Origin: Candidatus Woesearchaeota archaeon
Lineage (GTDB): Archaea > Nanobdellota > Nanobdellia > Woesearchaeales > ARS49
NCBI GenBank assembly: GCA_003599055.1
Contig: QZIM01000011.1
Coordinates: forward strand, 937-64,936
Reading direction: 5' to 3'
Length of the DNA stretch: 64,000 nucleotides
The notes beneath the pieces are model-generated. The model worked only from the letters and a program-made list of their open reading frames with translations. It was not told the origin of the DNA and did no database searches. This document shows, piece by piece, positions 9,070 to 16,658 of this stretch; within the stretch, counting starts at the first letter, position 1; each line of letters opens with the position of its first letter. The translations under genes and the position numbers were made by a program.

Positions 9070-10163
9070 CGTTCTTGGTCCTCCATCCAGGCAGTCCATT
9101 CTTCAAGGCTGACAATGATGTGCGGGGGCAGAAGTACCATTCGCGGGTCGATGGGGGTGTTTCGCACGCCGTCGCGGGTGTACGTGTCCTGCAGGGTGTA
9201 TGCGTGTCTTCGCACAAGTTTGCCGCTTTCGTCAAGTTCGTCAATGACGAGCGGGATGTTGCGCGCATCAAGCCTGAACACGATTTCGTGGGGTGCGTTG
9301 TTGCGGGCAAGGTACGTCTTGCTTTCGAGCTGCAAGAGGTAGGGCGAGCTGAGCTCGCGGCCGCGGTAGTGGATGCTGGTGTTTGAGAGGAAGGTTCCGC
9401 CGGGTGCGGGAAGGACGCGTTTTTGGGTGTCAATGCGAAGGGGGGTGTCTTTTGCGTACGCGGCCAGGTGTTCGTATGGGCTTTTGGTGTAGTAGGCGTC
9501 AATGAGGAGGGTGATGTCTTTTTCGCGGATTCCTCCGGTGAACATAAATGGGGAGCGGAAGTATTTGATGAATTGTTTTGGGATGAGTTCTGAATCGAGC
9601 TTGCGGTTTCGGGTGAGGTTGAGGGGGATGAGCGCGGCAGGGTAGAGTGATGAGCCTATTTGGCCGGTGGTGGTGAATTCTTCTTGTGTTTTGTGGGCGG
9701 TGTACCATTCGGGGCTGATGTCGCCGGGGTAGACGTAGAGGGTTGGCGTGTCAACGTTCCAGTAGAGTGTTCCGGGAGGGACAAAGGGCCATTCGCCGGT
9801 GCTGCGGTGTGGCCCTGCGGCGTAAACGGTGTTTTGGCCGTCAGAGTAGACGTAGGTTGCGGGCGCGCGCTCAAGCAGCTGTTGCGCAGGGGTTTTTTCT
9901 GAGTTGATAATGATGGGGGGTGCGGATGGCGGGCGGCTTGCGGTTTCAGGTTCTTGCGGCGCTTGTTGCGGGGCTGCAGGAGCGGTATATGCGCGCAATT
10001 GGGCGGGGGGGCACGCGCGAACATCGCGAACGAGTGTTTCGTCCCAGCACTGGATGAGGAGGTCGTGTACGACTGCAGGGGTGATGCTTGGGCCGGTTGT
10101 GAGTGCGAGCGCAACTCCGATGACGAGCACGGTCGTTCCCGCAAGGAGGGTCAGGTTTCTCAT
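9066..10163 (-). CDS. Membrane-anchored hypothetical protein (N-terminal TM, Pro/Ala linker, ~270-aa extracytoplasmic domain)
   Basis: 365-aa ORF with an N-terminal TM (LLAGTTVLVIGVALAL). It is translationally coupled to the downstream KaiC-like gene. I recognised no family motif. Confidence 0.6.
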   Translation of the reverse strand: MRNLTLLAGTTVLVIGVALALTTGPSITPAVVHDLLIQCWDETLVRDVRACPPAQLRAYTAPAAPQQAPQEPETASRPPSAPPIIINSEKTPAQQLLERAPATYVYSDGQNTVYAAGPHRSTGEWPFVPPGTLYWNVDTPTLYVYPGDISPEWYTAHKTQEEFTTTGQIGSSLYPAALIPLNLTRNRKLDSELIPKQFIKYFRSPFMFTGGIREKDITLLIDAYYTKSPYEHLAAYAKDTPLRIDTQKRVLPAPGGTFLSNTSIHYRGRELSSPYLLQLESKTYLARNNAPHEIVFRLDARNIPLVIDELDESGKLVRRHAYTLQDTYTRDGVRNTPIDPRMVLLPPHIIVSLEEWTAWMEDQER

Positions 10164-10249
10164 CGGGGATTTTCGGGCGGAAAGAGTATATAAAAGTTAC
10201 TTTTTTGTATACTGGTTTGGATTTCTATTTTCGCGTGTCGTTGAAAAAG

Positions 10250-10274
10250 AGTGGGCCCGAGGAGATTTGAACTC
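10250..10274 (-). repeat. Orphan 25-nt copy of the 3' end (T-loop to discriminator) of the neighbouring tRNA
   Basis: agtgggcccgaggagatttgaactc is identical at 10250-10274 and 10414-10438. The sequence next to the orphan copy does not complete a T-stem (CTGAG versus CTCCT). Confidence 0.8.
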
Positions 10275-10312
10275 AGTCCAACCCTGTGGGCTTGGCCAAG
10301 TTCAAATCTCCT
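10260..10312. repeat. Perfect 14-bp inverted repeat built from T-arm sequence (aggagatttgaact / agttcaaatctcct), 25-nt spacer
   Basis: Arms at 10260-10273 and 10299-10312, read directly. The second arm continues as ...ctcctgaggtcc, which resembles a plus-strand tRNA 3' end. Confidence 0.75.
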
Positions 10313-10415
10313 GAGGTCCTATGGTTGCGGAGCTTCTCGACAGACAGTACGCAGTTCTGTGCCCGCCTATGGGTGTACAGCAATTGCGTCAAATCTGTCA
10401 AGCGTAGCCGCTTAG

Positions 10416-10534
10416 TGGGCCCGAGGAGATTTGAACTCCCGACCACTGGTGTGCTTAGACACGCGCATTTTTTTGTGTGTGTTGCGCGTGGGGTCATATA
10501 AGACCAGCGCTATACCGGGCTAAGCTACGGGCCC
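10416..10534 (-). tRNA. Intron-containing tRNA, anticodon UAU (Ile) if the intron sits at the canonical 37/38 position
   Basis: Hand fold of the reverse complement: GGGCCCG-TA-GCTT-AGCCCGGTA-TAGC-G-CTGGT-CTTATA[45-nt intron]C-ACCAG-TGGTC-GGGAG-TTCAAAT-CTCCT-CGGGCCC-A. The intron holds an 8-bp stem (cacgcgca/tgcgcgtg). No CCA is encoded. Confidence 0.7.
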
Positions 10535-10559
10535 ATTGGGTTGCTTCTTCGCGGTTTTG

Positions 10560-10568
10560 TTTAAAAAG
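10560..10568 (-). promoter_or_regulatory. TATA-like box (CTTTTTAAA on the minus strand) 26-34 nt upstream of the tRNA 5' end
   Basis: Nearly the same box (CTTTTTAAA or CTTTTTATA) sits at the same distance upstream of all three tRNA genes in the window. Confidence 0.6.
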
Positions 10569-10704
10569 TATTCGTTGGGTTTGCGCGACATCGGTGAGGG
10601 AGGAGAAGAGTTTTTTCCCTGCGAACGAAGAGCCGGCTATGATTTTCTTCTCCGAACGAGCCGAGAAGCGCTTTTGTTCAAACTTTTGTTAAAAGTTTGG
10701 GTGT

Positions 10705-10765
10705 TAAGCTACGGGCCCATTGGGTTGCTTCTTCGCGGTTTTGTTTAAAAAGTATTCGTTGGGTT
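10705..10765 (-). repeat. Perfect 61-bp direct duplication of the tRNA 5' end (14 nt) plus its upstream TATA region
   Basis: taagctacgggcccattgggttgcttcttcgcggttttgtttaaaaagtattcgttgggtt is identical at 10521-10581 and 10705-10765. The duplicated TATA box is at 10744-10752. Confidence 0.9.
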
Positions 10766-10835
10766 ATTGGAAGTTTGTTCTTGATAACAGACAACTGAAA
10801 ACTGACGTCTGATAACTGACAACCATTACCGGCGT

Positions 10836-12413
10836 TTACGGGAGGGGGTGTTCGCTTTCGGTTCCCATAATTGCGTGGCTGATGCGGTGCTTGAATTGTT
10901 CTGCAAGGGTTTTGTCAATGATGTTGCGGTGGTGCAGGTCATCAACGTAGCCGTGCAGGCTTTCCAGGGTGAATTGGCCTTCGAGTTCTGCAAGCTCAAT
11001 GGGGCCGATGGGGCCAAGGAGTTCTGAGAATATTTGGTGGAGTTTTTTTTCGGTTTGTTCTTTGCCGGAGAAGAGGACGCGAATCGGCTTGATGTCAAGG
11101 ACGGGCTTTTTGGGGATGGTGAAGTGGACGGTGGTGCCTTTGCCGGTTTTGCTCTCTATCCAGATTTTTCCGTTTTGGGAGAGGACGATGCCGCGGCAGA
11201 TGGCAAGGCCAAGGCCGACGCCCGCGCGTTCCCGGTAGATGGTTTGTTCTGCCTGGTAGAATGGTTCAAAGAGCTTGAGTTGGTCTTTTGCGCTGATGCC
11301 GATGCCGAAATCCTGTACGCTGAAGTGGATGTAGTCTCCCGCGGGCTTTGCGGATACGATGACGCGGTTTCCGTTTGGGCTGAACTTGATTGCGTTTGAG
11401 AGGAGGTTGCGCAGGATTTGGGCGACGCGGTTGGGGTCAGCGGAGAGGGTGGGCAGTTTTGCAAGGGTGGTTTGGATGGTGATGTTTTTTTCCGGCATAA
11501 ATCCTTTCATATAGGTGGCGGTTTCTTTGACGGTTTCCGCAAGGTTGCAGGTTTGGAAGGTGAACTTGAGCCGTGCGGCTTCGATGCGGCTGATTTCAAG
11601 GAAGTCTGCAATGATGGTGTCGAGCCGGTCTGCGTTGCGAAGGACCATACTGACGCTGTCTCGCTGGCTTGCGGTGAGTTTGCCGAAATAGCCCTGTTCG
11701 AGCATTTGCAGTTGTGCTTTCATGGGGGTCATGGGGGAGCGCAGTTCGTGGGAGGTGATGGATAAGAAGCGGGTTTTTGCGGTGTCTATTTGTTTGCGTT
11801 CCGCGTCAATGTTGCCAAGGGCGGAGCTTGCTTTGTTAAAGACGTCGGCAAGCTCTTCAAGTTCGTCTCCGGTGCTGATGTTGGCGCGCGCGTTAAAGTT
11901 GCCCAAGCTGAGTTGGTGGGCGGCGGTGGAGAGGTTTTTGATGGGGGCAAGGAGTCGGGTTGTGATGCTGAGGCCCGCGATTCCGGCAAGGCTAAGGCAG
12001 ATGAGGAGGAATCCGACAATGGTGCCGAGGTTTTTTCGGAGTTGAGGGTCAGGGGTGTTGAGTGTGATGTGAAGGGCGCCGATGTCGCGAAGGGGATACG
12101 TAAGGTCGGAAGGGTCTGTGCTTGCGGCGCCGGTGATTGGAGGGGCGGAATGAGGCGGGGCAAGGGTGACTCGCTCGATTTCGGGGTAGTGTTCGGGGAT
12201 GCGTTCGAAGAGGGAATTGACTGCGGCGATGTTGCCGGTGGCAAGGAGCGGGACTGCTTCTTCTTCGATTGCGTGGGCAAGGGGGAGCACGCGTGCGTAT
12301 GCGTCAGGGGTGGGGGTTGTGCGGAAAAGGTGTTCTGCAAAGAGGAGTGTGCCGATGCCGGGCAAAAGGACAAAGCCGGCGAGGATGAGGGTGAGTTTGG
12401 TGCGAAGGTTCAT
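10836..12413 (-). CDS. Membrane sensor histidine kinase (2 TM + HAMP + HisKA + HATPase_c) with an extra ~90-aa C-terminal domain
   Basis: H-box ITSHELRSPMTPM, N-box LLSNAIKFS, G1 DFGIGI, G2 GVGLGLAICRGIV. ATGA overlap with the upstream gene at 12410-12413. Confidence 0.9.
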   Translation of the reverse strand: MNLRTKLTLILAGFVLLPGIGTLLFAEHLFRTTPTPDAYARVLPLAHAIEEEAVPLLATGNIAAVNSLFERIPEHYPEIERVTLAPPHSAPPITGAASTDPSDLTYPLRDIGALHITLNTPDPQLRKNLGTIVGFLLICLSLAGIAGLSITTRLLAPIKNLSTAAHQLSLGNFNARANISTGDELEELADVFNKASSALGNIDAERKQIDTAKTRFLSITSHELRSPMTPMKAQLQMLEQGYFGKLTASQRDSVSMVLRNADRLDTIIADFLEISRIEAARLKFTFQTCNLAETVKETATYMKGFMPEKNITIQTTLAKLPTLSADPNRVAQILRNLLSNAIKFSPNGNRVIVSAKPAGDYIHFSVQDFGIGISAKDQLKLFEPFYQAEQTIYRERAGVGLGLAICRGIVLSQNGKIWIESKTGKGTTVHFTIPKKPVLDIKPIRVLFSGKEQTEKKLHQIFSELLGPIGPIELAELEGQFTLESLHGYVDDLHHRNIIDKTLAEQFKHRISHAIMGTESEHPLP

Positions 12414-12946
12414 ATGCCTGTGCCTTCAATGGTGATGCACTTGTCGACGGCGACGCAAATTTTGCGCAGGAGCGCTTCTTCTTCCTGCACGGCATACATA
12501 ATCATCTTGGTTTGGGTTTGCTTGGTTTTGTTGACAAGGTCAATGATGAATCTGAGGACGTCGGTTTGTTTTTGGTAGACAAGAAGGTTGGTCACGCTGT
12601 CAAAGATGATGTAGTCAAATCCTGCTTTGAGGACTTCGTTGATGACAAGCGACATTTCGGTAAGTGAGCCGGGGGTGATGAGTTGGCAGCGGTTTTCTTC
12701 GGGCGCGGACTCGGTGAAGCTTTTGCTGATGGCGTCGATGAAGAAGAAGTTTCGCGCGCGGATGTTGTTTTTGGAGAACAGGGCGTCGATGGAGCGGAAG
12801 GTCTTGTTAAGGGTCACATAGCAGACGCGTTCGCCGGAGAGTTGGCGGGCAACGTCGAGGGTGACGCGGGGGTATTGCACGCCGGGCATAAGGATTACTA
12901 TGCTGGTGATTTCTTCAATTTCCTTGATGATGTTAAGGGAGGTCAT
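12410..12946 (-). CDS. Degenerate KaiC/RecA-like domain protein lacking a P-loop (pseudo-ATPase)
   Basis: IVILMPGVQYPRV replaces the Walker A motif (no GK[ST]). A Walker-B-like strand DYIIFDSVTNLL is retained. It is a clear paralog of 13290..13808. Confidence 0.6.
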   Translation of the reverse strand: MTSLNIIKEIEEITSIVILMPGVQYPRVTLDVARQLSGERVCYVTLNKTFRSIDALFSKNNIRARNFFFIDAISKSFTESAPEENRCQLITPGSLTEMSLVINEVLKAGFDYIIFDSVTNLLVYQKQTDVLRFIIDLVNKTKQTQTKMIMYAVQEEEALLRKICVAVDKCITIEGTGI

Positions 12947-13293
12947 GGGAGGTGTTTTTTTACGGATTGTACGAGTTCGCGGATGTCAAATGGCTTTTCG
13001 ATGAAGTCGGCAATGCCGTTTTGCTTGAGTTCTTTCTTTTCGGTATCGCTCACGCGAACCGCGCTGAGGTAAATGATGGGGATGTTTTTGATTTGTTTCA
13101 CGATTTCTCCGACAGGGGTTCCGGGCATCATAATGTCCATCACGATGAGTTTTGGGTTTGCGGTCCTGGCTTTTTTGAGTGCTTCGTCGGCGGTTGCGGC
13201 TTCAATGACGCGGTATCCTTCTTTTTCAAGGACGGCGCGGACCGTCGTGCGGATGTCTGCAATGTCGTCTGCGATGAGGATGGTTTCGTTCAT
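12943..13293 (-). CDS. Stand-alone response regulator receiver (CheY-like)
   Basis: ILIADD acidic pocket, phosphoacceptor context LIVMDIMMPG, YLSAV, EKPF lysine. 116 aa with no output domain. Confidence 0.9.
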   Translation of the reverse strand: MNETILIADDIADIRTTVRAVLEKEGYRVIEAATADEALKKARTANPKLIVMDIMMPGTPVGEIVKQIKNIPIIYLSAVRVSDTEKKELKQNGIADFIEKPFDIRELVQSVKKHLP

Positions 13294-13808
13294 GGGGCAT
13301 AGTGTGTTGTTTTGTCTACGTACATGCAGCAGCGCGGGATGAGGGTTTCCTGCTCATCGAGTGCGTAAAGGACTGCTTTTGTTTTTGTTTGCCGTATTTT
13401 GTTGATGAGGATGAAGATGTATGCCTCAACGTCTTCGGTGTCTTTGTAACTGAAGAGGTTGGTGAGGGAGTCAAAGACAAGGTAGTCGTAGTTTTTTGTA
13501 AGGAGGCTTCCGATGTGTGCGAATGCGCCTGCAAGCTCTTTTGGGGAGAAGAAGTGGACGTTTTTGGGGCTTTCATCCGGCTTTTTGATGGCGAGCGTGA
13601 TGACGTCAACGTAGGTGGTGTCTTTAAGTTGCGCGTTGTGTTTGGCAAAGAGTTGCTGAAGGGATTGGTAGGTCCGGTTAAGCGTGATGTAGCAGATTTT
13701 TTTGCCGCGAAGTGATTTGGCGGTGTCAACGATTGCGCGGTTGTATTCTGTTCCGGGAAGTAGGAGGAGCACGGTTTGGTTTTCTGCAAGTTCCTGGCGG
13801 ATGTTCAT
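13290..13808 (-). CDS. Degenerate KaiC/RecA-like domain protein lacking a P-loop (paralog of 12410..12946)
   Basis: VLLLLPGTEYNRA replaces the Walker A motif. DYLVFDSLTNLF is retained. There are 4-nt overlaps with both flanking receiver genes. Confidence 0.6.
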   Translation of the reverse strand: MNIRQELAENQTVLLLLPGTEYNRAIVDTAKSLRGKKICYITLNRTYQSLQQLFAKHNAQLKDTTYVDVITLAIKKPDESPKNVHFFSPKELAGAFAHIGSLLTKNYDYLVFDSLTNLFSYKDTEDVEAYIFILINKIRQTKTKAVLYALDEQETLIPRCCMYVDKTTHYAP

Positions 13809-14173
13809 GATACGAGTTTCTTGAGGGTTTTGATGAGCTCCGTTACATCGAATGGTTTTTGGATGAATCCGACGACATTTTTGTTTTGGAGGAGTTCTTC
13901 GCGTTCGGCATCGCTCATGCGGACAACGGAGATGTACGCGATTTTTGCGTGCTTGATTTTTTTGACGACTTCCTTGACCGGGGTTCCCGGCATCATAATG
14001 TCCATAAGGATGAGGTCAGGGGTGTGGGTTTTGAGTTTTTCAAGGGAGTCGTTTCCGTTTGAGCAGATAACGGTCTTGTATCCTTGTTTTTCGCAGATGG
14101 TTTTGAGTGTTGAGCGGATGTCTGCTTCGTCATCAACAATCATAACGAGTTTGCGTGAAGGAGATTTAGCCAT
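13805..14173 (-). CDS. Stand-alone response regulator receiver (CheY-like)
   Basis: Start chosen at MAKSPSRKLVMIVDDE (ATG 14173, preceded by GGTGA). Motifs: LILMDIMMPG, YISVV, QKPF. The ORF-track start at 14359 would add a non-receiver leader. Confidence 0.85.
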   Translation of the reverse strand: MAKSPSRKLVMIVDDEADIRSTLKTICEKQGYKTVICSNGNDSLEKLKTHTPDLILMDIMMPGTPVKEVVKKIKHAKIAYISVVRMSDAEREELLQNKNVVGFIQKPFDVTELIKTLKKLVS

Positions 14174-14210
14174 TGTCACCTCTTGTTTGGGATAATTGGC
14201 GGCTTCTTTC

Positions 14211-14218
14211 TTTAATAA
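14211..14218 (-). promoter_or_regulatory. TATA-like box (TTATTAAA on the minus strand) upstream of the REC/pseudo-KaiC/HK operon
   Basis: It lies 38-45 nt upstream of ATG 14173, in the only sizeable intergenic gap of the five-gene run. Confidence 0.4.
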
Positions 14219-14289
14219 GGTTTTCGCTAAAGGATGGGAAAAAAGGCAGGTCGGAGCATTTATATATGTGAAAACGCAGGATGCTTTTA

Positions 14290-15216
14290 ATGAAAGAGGT
14301 GTCTGTGGATGTTGGTGTAGTTCGTGCGGCGCCGGCGCACGCAGAGGGAATTGCGGCATTGTATGAGAAGGTGTATGCGGGAAAATATCCTCTTGCGGAG
14401 TTTCAGGACCCGCGGTTTATTGCAGGGGCTGTTCAGGATTCGCGGTACAAGTGGTTTGTTGCGCAAAAGGGGGGCGCGGTTGTTGGTTCAACGGTGGGGG
14501 TTGTCGCTCCGTGGAATAACAGTTGCGAATTGGGCAAGACCGTGGTTGACCCGGGCGAGGCAGGGGCGGGTGTTGCAAAGCAGATGTGTGCAAGGATGCG
14601 GGATAGTGCGCTTGAGGAGGGGGTGGAGGTTTTGTGGGGCGCGCTGCGCAATGAGCAGATGACGAAAATTGCAAGGCACGACGGGCTTGTGCTTGTGGGG
14701 TATCTTCCGGGCGCGCATCGGGTGGAGAATCGGGAGATTCATTTGTTGGGATATCGGCTTTCTGATGAGGCAAGGAGGAAGCGTGTTGCTCCTCTGAAGA
14801 ATCATTTGTATGATTTGCCGGGATTTCAGCGTATTTGTGCGGAGTTTGCCCTGCCGGTGGCGCAAGGGGAGTATCCGAAGGAAGTTGTGGTGAATCCCGG
14901 TCTTTGCGCAAACGCGGAGGTTGGGGTGTTGTATCACCCGTTTGATAAGTCTTGGGTGGTCACGCGTTGGGATGGCGTGTTGGATGTTCCCGAGTATATT
15001 GAGCTGACTGTTCTTGCGGATAAGGTTGATGAGATTGATAAGCTGGTGCACGCGGAGTTTGAGCAGGTCGCGTTTTTGCCGGCGTGGTATGAACGGGATG
15101 GGAAGCGGTATGATTGTATTCGTCTTGCAAGGGCGCTTCGGCGTCCGCTGGCTTCAGACAGGAGCATTCAGCCGCTGATGTATGCGCTGCGAAGGGATTT
15201 TGGGTTGCAGTCTTAA
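14290..15216 (+). CDS. GNAT-family N-acetyltransferase with a C-terminal extension
   Basis: N-terminal ~140 aa has a GNAT-like pattern (VVGSTVGV...ELGKTVVDPGEAGAGVAKQM). tttatatat at 14259-14267 sits ~27 nt upstream of ATG 14290, suggesting a leaderless start. ATG 14281 is an alternative. Confidence 0.6.
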   Translation: MKEVSVDVGVVRAAPAHAEGIAALYEKVYAGKYPLAEFQDPRFIAGAVQDSRYKWFVAQKGGAVVGSTVGVVAPWNNSCELGKTVVDPGEAGAGVAKQMCARMRDSALEEGVEVLWGALRNEQMTKIARHDGLVLVGYLPGAHRVENREIHLLGYRLSDEARRKRVAPLKNHLYDLPGFQRICAEFALPVAQGEYPKEVVVNPGLCANAEVGVLYHPFDKSWVVTRWDGVLDVPEYIELTVLADKVDEIDKLVHAEFEQVAFLPAWYERDGKRYDCIRLARALRRPLASDRSIQPLMYALRRDFGLQS

Positions 15217-15911
15217 ATCCAGTCAAGCATTGCGCGGTAGCTGCCGCCGGTAAAATAGGCGCCGTGGAGGATTTGTTCAAGTTTTTTGGGATTGGTCAGG
15301 TGTGCAAGCTGTTCGTCGCTTGCGCGGACGTGGTCGATGTCAAGGGTGCCGTGGCTTTTGATGAACTGCATTGCATTGTCGATGTTTGGAATTCCCGCGA
15401 GCCGAAGGCCCGTTTCAAATTTTTCGGCGTTAAGGATGCTGAGGTGTTCAAGGACTCCTTTTGCGCCGCGAATCGCGTGGGGGTGAAGGTGGGCGTCGTG
15501 AACGAAGTAGTTTCCGTAGAGTGCGGTTGCGTTCGGCGGTTCTTCGGTGATGAGGTGTGCGTGGCCAAGGGCGCGGATGTCGTTAAATGCCCAGGCTTCG
15601 TGGCCGTACTGTTCTTGGTGGTCGAATTCTTCGTCTGCGTAGTGGGCGAAGTGTTCGCTGATTTTTTTGTCTTCGTCATCGCCCAAGGCAAGTGCTTTGG
15701 CGGTTGCTTTGAGCATGGGGACGGTGTGCGCAACGTAGCTTGCGGTCATTTTGAGCCAGCGGGCGTACGCGCGGGTGAGTTCTTCAGTGGGTATTCCTGC
15801 GGTTTGTTTGCGTAGGATGGGGCCGAGATTGGGGTGTGCGTATAGTGCGGATTCAATGGCAATGGCTTCGCGTTCGAATGCGGCGATGACGTCGGTTGGG
15901 GTAAGTTTCAT
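15213..15911 (-). CDS. Heme-oxygenase-like / iron-containing redox enzyme family protein (tentative)
   Basis: All-helical 232-aa protein with E/H-rich motifs (HYADEEFDHQEQYGHEAW, HGTLDIDHV). Start chosen at MKLTPTDV (ATG 15911), next to an AT-rich divergent promoter region at 15931-15985. Confidence 0.4.
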   Translation of the reverse strand: MKLTPTDVIAAFEREAIAIESALYAHPNLGPILRKQTAGIPTEELTRAYARWLKMTASYVAHTVPMLKATAKALALGDDEDKKISEHFAHYADEEFDHQEQYGHEAWAFNDIRALGHAHLITEEPPNATALYGNYFVHDAHLHPHAIRGAKGVLEHLSILNAEKFETGLRLAGIPNIDNAMQFIKSHGTLDIDHVRASDEQLAHLTNPKKLEQILHGAYFTGGSYRAMLDWI

Positions 15912-16007
15912 AAGGGAGGGGTGATGGGCGTATTTAAGAGTTTTAAAATATAATTTATATAATTTATTAGGATTTTCATTAAGTACGGTATCGCCCTGCA
16001 GGATGAG

Positions 16008-16658
16008 GTGAAAAAGAAAGGTGCGGATGCGCATCCGTTTTTGCAGCGGGTGATTGCGAACAAGGAGTTGCAGTACGCGGACGGCTCGCTGTTATTGATG
16101 GGTGTTCCGTCCTTTTTGTTCGCGCTGAACAGTCTTGTCGTGATGCAGGAGTCGCTCGGGAAGGAGTTTGGGCAAAAGGGCTTAAGCGTATTTTATCATA
16201 TGCTCGGCTATCAGGCGGCGAATGCGGCAAAGATGATGATGAACCGTTTTGGTTTTCTAATTGAGCAGGCGATGCGGATGCAGCAGGGCCATTTGGATAT
16301 GCTGGGTGCGGGCAGGGTTGATTTTGTGCGGTTGGACCTGAAGAATGCGGAATTTATCCTTCGCGGGGAGCCGACGTTTGCGCGTGAGTATGTGCGCACG
16401 TTTGGCGTGCAAAAGCAGCCGGTGGACTGGATGGTGCGCGGCGGCGCGGCGTATATGCTGAATGCGTATTTGGGCCGGTCAGACTTGGTCGGTGTTGAGA
16501 CGCGTTGTATTGCAATGGGGCACAAGTATTGCGAGTTTATGGTGTGTCCGAAGAAAAAAGTGGGCGCAGGGTATAAGGCGCAGTTGCCGGCAGGGCTTGA
16601 GGTTGACCTGCTCAAAGTGGTTGAGAAGAACGCGCTTGGGATGCCAAAGCGCAGGTAA
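16008..16658 (+). CDS. V4R (4-vinyl reductase) domain protein, small-molecule-binding type
   Basis: C-terminal CIAMGHKYCEFMV cysteine signature and overall V4R-like layout. Confidence 0.55.
   Translation: MKKKGADAHPFLQRVIANKELQYADGSLLLMGVPSFLFALNSLVVMQESLGKEFGQKGLSVFYHMLGYQAANAAKMMMNRFGFLIEQAMRMQQGHLDMLGAGRVDFVRLDLKNAEFILRGEPTFAREYVRTFGVQKQPVDWMVRGGAAYMLNAYLGRSDLVGVETRCIAMGHKYCEFMVCPKKKVGAGYKAQLPAGLEVDLLKVVEKNALGMPKRR

Noticed and set aside
8485-9342. 285-aa plus-strand ORF, with overlapping 147- and 177-aa ORFs
   Set aside because: They are antisense to the KaiC-like gene and the upstream membrane-protein gene. Their Gly/Phe/Val-rich products lack motifs.
10273-10748. Several 70-74-aa ORFs on both strands
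   Set aside because: They overlap the tRNA, its intron, and the duplicated promoter and tRNA fragments. There is no coding-like composition.
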